Positions 28,113-38,410 of a DNA stretch of 38,410 nt are shown here, one piece after another. The notes under the pieces are model-generated. The model was not told the DNA's origin, searched no databases, and worked only from the letters and a program-made list of their open reading frames with translations. Both the position numbers and the translations under genes were made by a program. The number at the start of each line of letters is the position of its first letter. Positions within the stretch are counted from its first letter, which is position 1. The stretch comes from a bacterium CG2_30_37_16 (lineage in GTDB: Bacteria > Patescibacteriota > CPR2), in the NCBI GenBank assembly GCA_001872945.1, contig MNYC01000049.1, positions 1 through 38,410 of the forward strand. The letters run 5' to 3'.

Positions 28113-29615
28113 ATGATAAACAGTAAAGAATATTTAATAAAAAAACTTGAAGAAGAATTATCCGGAATTAAGACTGATCCCAAAACATATAAAACCGGAA
28201 AGGTAATTTCGGTCGGTGATGGAATTTGTAAGGCTATCGGCTTGTCGGAAGTGATGTCCTTTGAGATGGTTCAATTCAAATCCGGAGTTTACGGCATTGC
28301 TCTAAACCTTGAGGAAGATGCTGTAGGCATAATGATTATGGGAGAGGGTAATAGTGTTAATGAGGGGGATGAGGTAAGAACAACAGGAAGAATCTTAGAA
28401 ATTCCGGTTTCTGATGAGCTAAAAGGACGAGTAGTAAGTCCTCTTGGAGAATCTATCGATGGCAAGAGCGAATATAATGCAAAAGAATTTTATCCGGTAG
28501 AAAAAATTGCTCCGGGCGTTATTTCTAGAAAATCGGTCACCGAACCGTTGCAAACAGGCATTAAGGCAATAGATTCTGCGATCCCAATCGGCAGAGGGCA
28601 AAGAGAGCTTATTATCGGCGACAGGCAAACGGGGAAAACTGCCATTGCCATAGATGCCATAATTAATCAAAAAGATTCAGATGTAATCTGTGTTTACGTG
28701 GCTATCGGTCAAAAAAGATCAAAAGTGGCTAAAATGGTTGCTATTTTGGAAGAAAATGACGCCTTAAAAAATACAATTATTGTCGTGGCAAGTGCTTCCG
28801 ATCCGGCGCCATATCTATACATTGCTCCATATTCGGGCGTTACTATCGCCGAATACTTTATGGATCAGGGCAAAGACGTTCTTATAATTTACGATGATTT
28901 GTCAAAGCACGCTTGGTCATATAGACAAGTTTCTCTGCTGCTTAGAAGGCCGCCGGGACGAGAAGCCTATCCCGGAGACGTTTTTTATCTTCATTCAAGA
29001 CTTTTAGAAAGAGCTTGTAGAAGAGATGAAAAGTATGGCGGCGGCTCAATTACCGCATTTCCAATTATAGAAACTCAGGCCGGCGATATTTCGGCCTATA
29101 TTCCTACAAATGTAATTTCTATTACTGATGGTCAAATATTCTTGGAAAGTGATTTATTCTATCAGGGCATAAGGCCAGCGCTAAATGTTGGCTTGTCAGT
29201 TTCCAGAGTTGGTTCTGCGGCACAAAAAAAATGTATGAAAAAAGTTGCGGGAAAACTACGATTAGAACTTGCTCAGTTTAGAGAATTACAGTCATTTGCC
29301 CAATTTGCTTCCGATTTAGACGAGGAAACCAGAAAACAAATTGAAAGAGGAAAAAGGCTGGTGGAAATATTAAAGCAGGATCAATATGTGCCACTTGCAG
29401 TTGAAAAGCAGGTTGCCATTATATATGCCGGAACAAACGGATTTCTAGACGACACGGAGTTAGATAAGGTTAAATTATTTGAGAATAATCTTTTCGATTA
29501 TTTAGACGGTAAGGGTAAAGATTTTGCGGGAAAACTAGCTAAAGAAGGCGATCTAACAGAAGAAATAGAGAAAGAATTAATAAATATTCTTAAAAAAGTG
29601 ACAGAGGAGTTTTAG
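28113..29615 (+). CDS. atpA: F0F1 ATP synthase subunit alpha
   Basis: GDRQTGKT and [24 protein letters not shown]. Confidence 0.99.
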   Translation: MINSKEYLIKKLEEELSGIKTDPKTYKTGKVISVGDGICKAIGLSEVMSFEMVQFKSGVYGIALNLEEDAVGIMIMGEGNSVNEGDEVRTTGRILEIPVSDELKGRVVSPLGESIDGKSEYNAKEFYPVEKIAPGVISRKSVTEPLQTGIKAIDSAIPIGRGQRELIIGDRQTGKTAIAIDAIINQKDSDVICVYVAIGQKRSKVAKMVAILEENDALKNTIIVVASASDPAPYLYIAPYSGVTIAEYFMDQGKDVLIIYDDLSKHAWSYRQVSLLLRRPPGREAYPGDVFYLHSRLLERACRRDEKYGGGSITAFPIIETQAGDISAYIPTNVISITDGQIFLESDLFYQGIRPALNVGLSVSRVGSAAQKKCMKKVAGKLRLELAQFRELQSFAQFASDLDEETRKQIERGKRLVEILKQDQYVPLAVEKQVAIIYAGTNGFLDDTELDKVKLFENNLFDYLDGKGKDFAGKLAKEGDLTEEIEKELINILKKVTEEF

Positions 29616-30463
29616 TGGCTTCAGCAAAAGAGGTTAGAAGAAGAATCAAGTCAGTCGTTAGTACCAAGCAGATAATTAAGGCGATGGAACTTATTTCGGT
29701 TATAAAAATGCAAAAGGCGATTGCCATAAACGCAGCATCTAGAAATTACAGCGAAGCGGCTGAGGCTATTCTTTGGAATTTAGTAACTGATATAAATGAG
29801 GCTGATCATCCCTTTTTATTACCCGACAACGAGGCAACAAAACAATTGGTGGTTATAATTACCTCCGATAGAGGTTTATGCGGGGGTTTAAATTCGAAAG
29901 CAATTCGAATGGTATTAGATTTATCGAAAGATAGAGATACGGACTTTTTAACCATAGGAAGAAAGGGTCGGGACTTGCTTAGGGTTTTGGGAAAAAATAT
30001 AATCGCTGATTTTACAAAAATTGAGGAAAAACCAGAAATTAAGGATATTTTACCAATAAGCAAAATAATTACAGACGATTTTGTTTCCGGAAAATATAAG
30101 GGAATTAAATTGGTTTACACGCATTTTGTGTCAACTCTTGCTCAAGAGCCAACAGCAACTAAGCTATTGCCGCTTGAAAACAAACAAAAGAGTTTAAGTC
30201 AGGAAAGAATTGTTTTTGAGCCGGAAAAGCACGCATTACTGGACGATTTGATTCCAAGGCTCATGGAAATTAAAATTTGGCAATCAATGTTGGAATCAAT
30301 AGCGTCAGAACATTCGGCCAGAATGATGGCCATGAAAAATGCCAGCGAAAATGCGGTTGAATTAATAGATGACTTAACGCTTGCCTATAATCAAACAAGG
30401 CAGGCAACCATTACCAGAGAAATTGCCGAAATTTCCGCAGGCAAAATGACGCTAGAAGGGTAA
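29615..30463 (+). CDS. atpG: F0F1 ATP synthase subunit gamma
   Basis: SDRGLCGGLN, SEHSARMMAM and RQATITREI.EI. Confidence 0.98.
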   Translation: MASAKEVRRRIKSVVSTKQIIKAMELISVIKMQKAIAINAASRNYSEAAEAILWNLVTDINEADHPFLLPDNEATKQLVVIITSDRGLCGGLNSKAIRMVLDLSKDRDTDFLTIGRKGRDLLRVLGKNIIADFTKIEEKPEIKDILPISKIITDDFVSGKYKGIKLVYTHFVSTLAQEPTATKLLPLENKQKSLSQERIVFEPEKHALLDDLIPRLMEIKIWQSMLESIASEHSARMMAMKNASENAVELIDDLTLAYNQTRQATITREIAEISAGKMTLEG

Positions 30464-30469
30464 GGAGGG

Positions 30470-30544
30470 AAATGTCAAATTACAAATTTCAAATGCCAAA
30501 TGAAATCCTAATTTTAAATTTTCTAAATTTGACATTTGGATTTA
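30470..30544. repeat. AT-rich heptad-repeat inverted element between atpG and atpD
   Basis: TGTCAAA TTACAAA TTTCAAA TGCCAAA heptads; AAATGTCAAAT (30470-30480) is the exact reverse complement of ATTTGACATTT (30527-30537). Confidence 0.7.
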
Positions 30545-30577
30545 TTAATTAAGGGAATAGAACAAATTTATAATTAA

Positions 30578-31954
<1,377 letters not shown>

Positions 31955-31974
31955 GGGATTATAGGTCAAAATAT

Positions 31975-32400
31975 ATGAAGAAATTTAAAATACAAGTTAC
32001 GACGCCCGAAAGAGTTATTTTTGAGGAAGAAGTTGAAGAAGTCACATTGCCTACCAAAGACGGGGAAATTACTGTTTTAGCAGGGCACGTTCCTTTAATT
32101 GGTGAAATAATTCCGGGCGAAATGATTGTAAAAAATGGCGAAGAGAAAAGAATCACCCTTCTTCTAGGCGGATTTGTTCATGTTGAGGAAGGCGGAAAAG
32201 TAATAGTTATAGCAGACAGCGCCGAGCATCTGCACGAAATTTCTGAAAAAGAGGCAATAGAAGCGAGAAAAAGGGCTGAAAAACTCATGCAGGAATCAAT
32301 TGATGATGCGGAAGGCTTTGCTGAAGCCGAAGCAGAGCTTATAAGAAGCTTAGCCAGGCTCAAAATTGTTAGGAAGCATCGCTCAGAATATAAAAATTGA
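31975..32400 (+). CDS. atpC: F0F1 ATP synthase subunit epsilon
   Basis: VTTPE, GEI.VL.GH.P, GGF and C-terminal helical hairpin. Confidence 0.96.
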   Translation: MKKFKIQVTTPERVIFEEEVEEVTLPTKDGEITVLAGHVPLIGEIIPGEMIVKNGEEKRITLLLGGFVHVEEGGKVIVIADSAEHLHEISEKEAIEARKRAEKLMQESIDDAEGFAEAEAELIRSLARLKIVRKHRSEYKN

Positions 32401-32469
32401 TTAAATGCCAATAATTTGATAAAATACCACCTGAAATTAAGCACATTAACAAAAGGTGGTGTTTTTAAA

Positions 32470-32898
32470 ATGAGTGAAAAATGGCCGAAAGATGTGACCC
32501 ATCATTGTAACGTATGCGGAGCGAAATTAGATTCATTAGAAGAAGCGAATAAGCATTTTGAGGAAACAAGCAAGAGACAGGAAGGCGTGCTCAGTATCAA
32601 GCTATATGACATTATATTTGAGGAATTTTGGGGCAAAATAGGATTAACAATAGATATCCAAAAAGAAAGATTTACAGGGAACCATAAAAATATTCTAAAT
32701 TACGTTATAGGTATATTCGATCTATTTCTATTAAGCGTTGAGGATGATTTTAGGGATGATGTAACATTTGATGAGAGAGATATTAAAATTAATGATAAAT
32801 CTGTAAATGTCCTTGATTGTCTTTATAATTCAGAAAAAGAAATTGTTGTTGACGGTAGATGGCTGGAAAGTATTGTTGCGAAAAGTACAATAAAATAA
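32470..32898 (+). CDS. Hypothetical protein with an N-terminal C2H2-like motif
   Basis: ATG 32470 follows SD-like AAGGTGGT; HHCNVCGAKLDSLEEANKH. Confidence 0.55.
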   Translation: MSEKWPKDVTHHCNVCGAKLDSLEEANKHFEETSKRQEGVLSIKLYDIIFEEFWGKIGLTIDIQKERFTGNHKNILNYVIGIFDLFLLSVEDDFRDDVTFDERDIKINDKSVNVLDCLYNSEKEIVVDGRWLESIVAKSTIK

Positions 32899-33172
32899 AA
32901 GGATGGTGTTAGAAAGTGGGAAAGAAATGGACGAAGACTTAAACATCTCAAGTAAAAATAAATGATGGAGAGCAATCATTTAGAGCAATCGAGTTCAGTT
33001 ATGAAAATGTCGATTGGAATGAAGGAGATGATGATGAAGATAAAATCATCTTGCTACATGTTGAGGAAATAATTAGAAAGATAATTTGTCTTTCTAAAAC
33101 ATATCTTGCCAAGTTATGTAAGCAGACAGAAGCCTAATAGAAGTCTAATAGATAACGATAAATTAATTTATC

Positions 33173-33206
33173 AATAGGATTGCAACACTTGCAGTCCTAT
33201 TTTTTT
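33173..33206 (+). terminator. Rho-independent terminator
   Basis: AATAGGATTGCAA-cac-TTGCAGTCCTATT followed by a T tract. Confidence 0.85.
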
Positions 33207-33222
33207 GTGTTAAATTAATTAT

Positions 33223-33627
33223 ATGAAGGGAAAGAAGAAAAAAATATTATTATTGGTACTTACTGTTTTTGCGATATGGTATGTTGCGCAAGTCATTGAT
33301 AACAATTACAGCGGCTCTGTTATGGATGTAAAAGTAGAAATAAAGGACGTCAAAAAGGAAGAAATTGGTCCGGAAGCTTTAACTCCGATTATCGATTTGG
33401 GCGAAAGAGGAGCGACACTTCCTTTTATCTTTACATTCAGGGAACCTAAGGGATACGATTATTCAGCACTTTCTGTAAAAATGGAAGATAGTGATACTTT
33501 ACGACTAACCCCGATTTCAAAAAGATGCTTCCTGTGTAAACCTAAAAAGTATACTTTAAAGGCTGAGATTTTAGACTTACCGCCCGGAAATTACAAACTT
33601 ACAACAAATTATGGCGGGGGTTTGTAA
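33223..33627 (+). CDS. Hypothetical membrane-anchored or secreted beta-rich protein
   Basis: Basic N-terminus plus hydrophobic segment; CFLC and LPPGNY.L; extended -10 TGtTAAATT 6 nt before the ATG. Confidence 0.65.
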   Translation: MKGKKKKILLLVLTVFAIWYVAQVIDNNYSGSVMDVKVEIKDVKKEEIGPEALTPIIDLGERGATLPFIFTFREPKGYDYSALSVKMEDSDTLRLTPISKRCFLCKPKKYTLKAEILDLPPGNYKLTTNYGGGL

Positions 33628-33675
33628 ATTGGCCGATAGATAAATGGGTTTATTGGTTATTAGTAGGAACAATTC

Positions 33676-33704
33676 TTGATATCTAAGTTATTTTTAGATA
33701 TAAT
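33676..33704 (+). promoter_or_regulatory. ileS leader promoter
   Basis: TTGATA-17-TATAAT. Confidence 0.8.
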
Positions 33705-33764
33705 ATCATTATAAAAGCGTTCAAGTCCGGCCATCACCGGATTAGCTGCCGGAAGAACCCGTTC

Positions 33765-33827
33765 TGTTATTCCGAGCTTTGAACCGGAATCCGTATGAAT
33801 GGATTCTGAATCAAGTTCAGAATGACA
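33765..33827. repeat. REP-like palindromic repeat, copy 2, inside T-box Stem II
   Basis: TGTTATTCCGAGCTTTGAACCGGAATCC...TGGATTCTGAATCAAGTTCAGAATGACA; related to 13266-13329. Confidence 0.8.
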
Positions 33828-33901
33828 AGATAGCACTAGAACCGGTCGGATAAGCCCGTTAAAGCTGTAATCAAGTTGTCCCCAGACATAAAGAGACGAA
33901 G

Positions 33902-33956
33902 TCCTGAGCTTGTCGAAGGAAATTAAGGTGGTACCGCCCTGAGCATAGCCGAAGGG
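33902..33956. repeat. Two short CCTGAGC-n-CGAAGG hairpin repeats inside the T-box
   Basis: TCCTGAGCTTGTCGAAGGA (33902-33920) and CCCTGAGCATAGCCGAAGGG (33937-33956). Confidence 0.7.
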
Positions 33957-34005
33957 GTCCTTAAGAGAATTCTTAGGGATATTTTTATATAAAAAGAGAA
34001 CTTTG

Positions 34006-34112
34006 AAATTCTAATATCTAAGCATGAAATGCTAAACAAATTCAAATATCTAATGTTTAAAACCTTTGAATTTAGATATTGTTTAGTATTTAGATATTAA
34101 AATTTAGGATTT
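34006..34112. repeat. AT-rich heptad-repeat long inverted repeat upstream of ileS
   Basis: Nested pairs AAATTCTAA/TTAGGATTT, TATCTAA/TTAGATA, ATGCTAAACAA/TTGTTTAGTAT and ATTCAAA/TTTGAAT, with 7-nt periodicity. Confidence 0.75.
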
Positions 34113-34129
34113 AAAAAAAGGGAGTCATT

Positions 34130-37024
34130 ATGTTGAAACCAGTAAGTCCAAGACCAAATTTTCCGGAAATGGAAAAAGATATTTTAAAATTTTGGAATAA
34201 AAATAAAACATTCGAAAAAACGCTTTCTAAAAGGTCACATGAAAAATCGTTCTCTTTTTATGATGGCCCTCCATTCGCTACAGGTCTTCCGCACTATGGT
34301 CATTTGCTGGCTGGTACTATAAAAGACGTTATCCCCAGATATAAAACCATGCAAGGCTACAGAGTTGATAGAATTTGGGGTTGGGATACGCATGGCTTAC
34401 CAATTGAAAATATTGTTGAAAAGGAATTAGATATTAAAACTAAACTTCATATTAAAGAGATGGGCATTGATAAGTTTAACGAAAAATGCCGGGAAAAAGT
34501 TTTGGAATTTGCTCATACCTGGGAAAAAATTGTAGAAAGAACAGGTCGCTGGGTTGATATGAAAAATGCTTATATTACCATGGAGCCGGAGTATATGGAA
34601 TCGGTTTGGTGGGTATTTAAGTCTCTATGGGATAAAGACTTAGTTTATTCTGGTCATAAAGTAATGCCATATTGCCCAAGATGTGCTACCGGACTTTCGG
34701 CTTTTGAAGTGGGTATGCCCGGCACTTACCAAGATAAGCAAGATAAAGCTATCACCGTAAAATTCGAATCGTCAGATGAGCCAAATACTTTCTTTTTAGC
34801 TTGGACCACAACGCCATGGACGTTACCGGGAAACTTGGCTTTGGCAGTTGGTGGAAATATTGATTACATAAAAGTTCAAAATGAAAAAGAGAAATTTATT
34901 ATCGCAAAAGATCGTTTAGAGCATTATCAAGATATAATTGGAAATAATGTTGTAGAGACGTTTAGTGGACAAAACCTAAAAGGTAAAAAATATAAACCAA
35001 TATTTGATTATTATAAAGGCGAAGAAAAAGCTTTTGAGGTCATAACCGGCGATTTTGTAACCACCGGAGATGGCACCGGAATTGTCCACATTGCACCTGC
35101 TTTTGGTGAAGATGACTATAAGGTGGCTAAAGAAAACGACATTGCTTTTTTTATGCCGGTGAACGATATGGGGGAATTTGAAATTGAGGTGTCGGAATGG
35201 GCCGGTGAAAGTGTCATAAAATCAGAAACTAATTTAAAAATAATAGAAAATCTTGGCAATAAAGTTATAAAAGTTGAGGATTATAAACATTCTTATCCAT
35301 TTTGCTGGAGATGTGACACGCCTCTAATTTATAAGGCAATCGATAGTTGGTTTGTTAAAATGACAAATCTAAAAGAGCAAATGGCTAAAAATAACAATGA
35401 CGTTCATTGGGTTCCAGAATTTGTTGGGAAGGGCAGATTTGCTAATCTTATAGAAGGAGCACCGGACTGGAACATTTCTAGAAACCGTTTTTGGGGTGTG
35501 CCAATTCCCATATGGCGATGTAAGGATTGTGGCGAAAGTCAGGTTATGGGAAGCATTAAGGATTTAGAAGATAAAACGGATAGGAAAATTGGGGATATAC
35601 ATTTACATAAAATAATGGATCTAGAATTAAATTGCTCATGCGGCAGTAAGGCAAAATTAACCGGAGAGGTATTGGATGTATGGTTCGACTCCGGAAGTGT
35701 ACCTTATGGATCCATCCATTATCCCTTTGAAAACAAAGAAAAATTTGAGCGTGATTTCCCAGCCGATTTTATTGCCGAAGGTATCGATCAAACAAGAGGC
35801 TGGTTTAACTCTCTAATGATTTTAGGAACGGCGCTTTTTGGTAAGTCGCCATATAAAAATGTGGCAGTTAACGGAATCGTTCTAGCAGAAGATGGCCAGA
35901 AGATGTCTAAAAGACTCAAGAACTATCCCGATCCGACCGCTATTATGGATAAATATGGCGCTGATGCCATGCGCTTTTATCTTTTGTCCTCACCAGCCGT
36001 AAAAGGAGGCGATCTAAATTTTTCAGAAAAAGGCGTAGATGAAGTTATTAAAGGTCTTGTTTTAAAATTATGGAATTCATATTCTTTCTTTGTAACCTAT
36101 GCCTTAATCGCCAATTTTAAACCGGAGAATGTAGAAAATAAGGATATTCTTGATAAATGGGTTTTATCGCGGCTAAATAATACTATAAAAACGGTTACGG
36201 AAGAATTGGATAATTATGAATTGCCAATCGCCGCTAGAGCTATTGGAGATTTTATTGACGATCTTTCTAACTGGTACATAAGAAGAAACCGAAAACGTTT
36301 TGCAGCTCGGGATAAGGAGGCTTTAAATACCCTTTACGAAGTTTTGGTTAAACTTTGTCAATTGCTGGCGCCATATATGCCATTTGTAACAGAAGAGATA
36401 TACCAGAATCTGGTTTTAAATTTAGATTCCAAAGCAAATGAATCAATTCACTTATCGGATTTCCCCCTAGCTAGTAAGGATGTTATTGATAATAAATTAG
36501 AAGAAGACATGGACGTCTTGAGAAAATTTGTAGAAATGGGACTTTCTATTAGAGATAGGTCAAAAATAAAAGTCAGACAACCATTATCAAAAGTTTGGGC
36601 CACCTACGGTAAGGATCCCATTGTAAAAGACATGCAAAGGATTCTTCTTGAAGAGCTAAATATTAAGCTCTGCAGCTCTGATAATAAAAGCTATGTGCGT
36701 AAATCAGCCGAATCTTTGAATTATAAAAAAGGGCTAGATATTGTAATTGATATCAATATTACTAAAGAACTAGAGTCGGAAGGTTTAGCTAGAGAGCTTC
36801 TAAGGAAGATTCAGGTTTTAAGAAAAGAGATCGGTCTATCAATAGAGGATGAAATTATTTTAAGCTACGAGACTGACGATGAGGATTTAGTTAAGGCCAC
36901 GAACCATAAAGTTTTTATAGATGGAGCTAAAGTTAAGTTATTAAAAGAAAGTGATTTGGCTGATGAGGGAAAGAATTTAACTGTAAATGATAAAAAGATA
37001 AAAGTTGAAATAAAAAAAGCCTAA
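34130..37024 (+). CDS. ileS: Isoleucine--tRNA ligase, type 2
   Basis: DGPPFATGLPHYGH, WTTTPWTLP, WNISRNRFWG and KMSKR; lacks the type 1 C-terminal zinc finger. Confidence 0.98.
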   Translation: MLKPVSPRPNFPEMEKDILKFWNKNKTFEKTLSKRSHEKSFSFYDGPPFATGLPHYGHLLAGTIKDVIPRYKTMQGYRVDRIWGWDTHGLPIENIVEKELDIKTKLHIKEMGIDKFNEKCREKVLEFAHTWEKIVERTGRWVDMKNAYITMEPEYMESVWWVFKSLWDKDLVYSGHKVMPYCPRCATGLSAFEVGMPGTYQDKQDKAITVKFESSDEPNTFFLAWTTTPWTLPGNLALAVGGNIDYIKVQNEKEKFIIAKDRLEHYQDIIGNNVVETFSGQNLKGKKYKPIFDYYKGEEKAFEVITGDFVTTGDGTGIVHIAPAFGEDDYKVAKENDIAFFMPVNDMGEFEIEVSEWAGESVIKSETNLKIIENLGNKVIKVEDYKHSYPFCWRCDTPLIYKAIDSWFVKMTNLKEQMAKNNNDVHWVPEFVGKGRFANLIEGAPDWNISRNRFWGVPIPIWRCKDCGESQVMGSIKDLEDKTDRKIGDIHLHKIMDLELNCSCGSKAKLTGEVLDVWFDSGSVPYGSIHYPFENKEKFERDFPADFIAEGIDQTRGWFNSLMILGTALFGKSPYKNVAVNGIVLAEDGQKMSKRLKNYPDPTAIMDKYGADAMRFYLLSSPAVKGGDLNFSEKGVDEVIKGLVLKLWNSYSFFVTYALIANFKPENVENKDILDKWVLSRLNNTIKTVTEELDNYELPIAARAIGDFIDDLSNWYIRRNRKRFAARDKEALNTLYEVLVKLCQLLAPYMPFVTEEIYQNLVLNLDSKANESIHLSDFPLASKDVIDNKLEEDMDVLRKFVEMGLSIRDRSKIKVRQPLSKVWATYGKDPIVKDMQRILLEELNIKLCSSDNKSYVRKSAESLNYKKGLDIVIDINITKELESEGLARELLRKIQVLRKEIGLSIEDEIILSYETDDEDLVKATNHKVFIDGAKVKLLKESDLADEGKNLTVNDKKIKVEIKKA

Positions 37025-37057
37025 AGATTTTGGGATCTCGTGGTAGAATGAATAAAC

Positions 37058-38155
37058 ATGATCAATAAATATCTCAAAAATTTTGATTGGATATTATTTT
37101 CTGTTGTTATATTGTTGTTTAGTTTGGGAATATTGACGGTTTACAGTGCAACTTTTTCCATATCCGGCGGAGAAAATAAAGCCTTATCCCAACTGATGTT
37201 TGGTGCTATCGGACTATTTTTTTTCTTTATCTTAACCAGAGTTGACTACCGGCTTTTTAAAAGATATAGCGGTCTTATATACGTAATAATGCTCCTACTT
37301 CTTCTGGCTGTAGATCTTTTTGGTACGCAGGTTTTAGGTGCAAGAAGATGGATAGACCTTGGATTTTTTAGGCTACAGCCATCTGAAATTGCCAAAGTTT
37401 TTTCTATTCTTTGTCTCGCCAAATACTTTGCCGAGCATAATGAAGAAATGTGGAAAATAAGACACATTCTTATTTCGGCCATTTATATTTTAATTCCGGT
37501 AATTATGGTTATAATGGAACCGGATCTCGGGACGGCCATTATTTTATTTCTAATTTGGGCAGGAATGCTGTTTGTTTCTAATATCAAACGGTCCACTTTA
37601 CTAAAAATTTTTCTGATAATCCTCGCCATGCTTCCTCTTATGTGGTTTACCTTGCACGATTATCAAAGAAATCGAATTTCAACTCTTTTTAGTGGTTCTG
37701 CGAGCGACCCTTTAGACAAAGGTTGGAATGTTGAGCAAGCTCTAATTGCAATTGGGTCCGGGCAAGTTTATGGTAGGGGAATGGGTTACGGGCCACAGAG
37801 TCATTTAAATTTTCTACCGATGCAGCATACGGACTTTGCTTTTGCTGTACTAGCCGAAGAAATGGGATTTTTGGGCGCCGTCATTTTGCTTATGTTGTTT
37901 GCGGTCTTACTGTACCGCATGATTATAATTGCCAAACTTTCCAGAGATACTTTTGGCATGTTTATTGCTTCAGGAACGGCAGTAATGTTTTTTGCTCACG
38001 TTTTTATTAATATTGGCATGAATATTAGGATTATGCCCGTTACGGGTATACCCTTGCCATTTATTAGTGCCGGTGGAACAGCAATTATTGTGAACCTTAT
38101 TGCAGTTGGCTTACTAGAAAGCATTTATATCAGGCATAAAAAAATTGATTTTTAA
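37058..38155 (+). CDS. rodA: SEDS family peptidoglycan glycosyltransferase RodA
   Basis: GARRWI, QPSE..K, EPDLGT, IAIGSG, HTDF.F...AEE.G and PVTGIPLPFISAGG. Confidence 0.93.
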   Translation: MINKYLKNFDWILFSVVILLFSLGILTVYSATFSISGGENKALSQLMFGAIGLFFFFILTRVDYRLFKRYSGLIYVIMLLLLLAVDLFGTQVLGARRWIDLGFFRLQPSEIAKVFSILCLAKYFAEHNEEMWKIRHILISAIYILIPVIMVIMEPDLGTAIILFLIWAGMLFVSNIKRSTLLKIFLIILAMLPLMWFTLHDYQRNRISTLFSGSASDPLDKGWNVEQALIAIGSGQVYGRGMGYGPQSHLNFLPMQHTDFAFAVLAEEMGFLGAVILLMLFAVLLYRMIIIAKLSRDTFGMFIASGTAVMFFAHVFINIGMNIRIMPVTGIPLPFISAGGTAIIVNLIAVGLLESIYIRHKKIDF

Positions 38156-38184
38156 AAGAGACCGTTGAAAAACAATTTATTTAA

Positions 38185-38207
38185 ATCAAACTATCTCTAG
38201 TTTTGAT
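38185..38207. terminator. Weak hairpin downstream of rodA, possibly a bidirectional terminator
   Basis: ATCAAACTA-tctc-TAGTTTTGAT with a one-base bulge; AT-rich flanks. Confidence 0.4.
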
Positions 38208-38410
38208 AAGAGTGTTAATTAAGTAAGGAAAAGTTTGTTTTTAGGGCGGTTAGCCCTTCTAATTTGCTGTTTTTTTTGAGCTTTTTTTGATTTTAACCTT
38301 ACTTTCTCCTTTCATTAATTTTTCCTTAATGCCGAAATACCCGTTAAGAAGTAATTGGACCACTCTTAAGGCGTATCCCCGCAGTTATCTTTAATATCTC
38401 TTTTAGATTT

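Larger units (their letters stand above)
33711..33986 (+). promoter_or_regulatory. T-box riboswitch (Ile) with ultrashort Stem I and intrinsic terminator
   Basis: TCCGGCC-ATC-ACCGGA (specifier AUC 33733-33735); Stem II CCGGAAGAAC...AGAACCGG; IIA/B pseudoknot CGG..AGCCCG..GCT; T-box AAGGTGGTACCGC (33925-33937); terminator at 33956-33986. Confidence 0.92.

Overview
AT-rich bacterial chromosomal segment using the standard genetic code. The gene content and compact layout are most consistent with a Patescibacteria/CPR-type genome (inference). It is almost entirely housekeeping genes: the 3' end of a transposase, priA-def-fmt (minus strand), secD-secF-crp, recJ-rel-hisS, a collapsed mtaB pseudogene, a lytic transglycosylase, HIT-rpsU-yqeY-ybeY-adk-map, ftsA-ftsZ, an nrdR/RNR cluster, yggT-DUF167-CDF, a complete F0F1 atp operon, T-box-ileS and rodA. 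The unusual signal lies mostly between genes. (1) A Crp/Fnr gene is followed directly by a CRP box at -41.5 of a promoter that would transcribe a ~200-nt terminated, long-hairpin (6S-like) ncRNA. (2) The ileS T-box has an actinobacterial-type ultrashort Stem I but a transcription terminator, and carries palindromic repeats inside its stems. (3) The RNR cluster has an intact but apparently catalytically dead NrdJ, an NrdD whose glycyl-radical loop is a separate 55-aa gene, and a Cys-free thioredoxin-like protein. (4) A 141-bp MITE has 19-bp TIRs, an 8-bp TSD and a REP-like passenger. (5) Many promoters predict leaderless mRNAs. All calls come from reading the sequence; no searches or folding computations were run.
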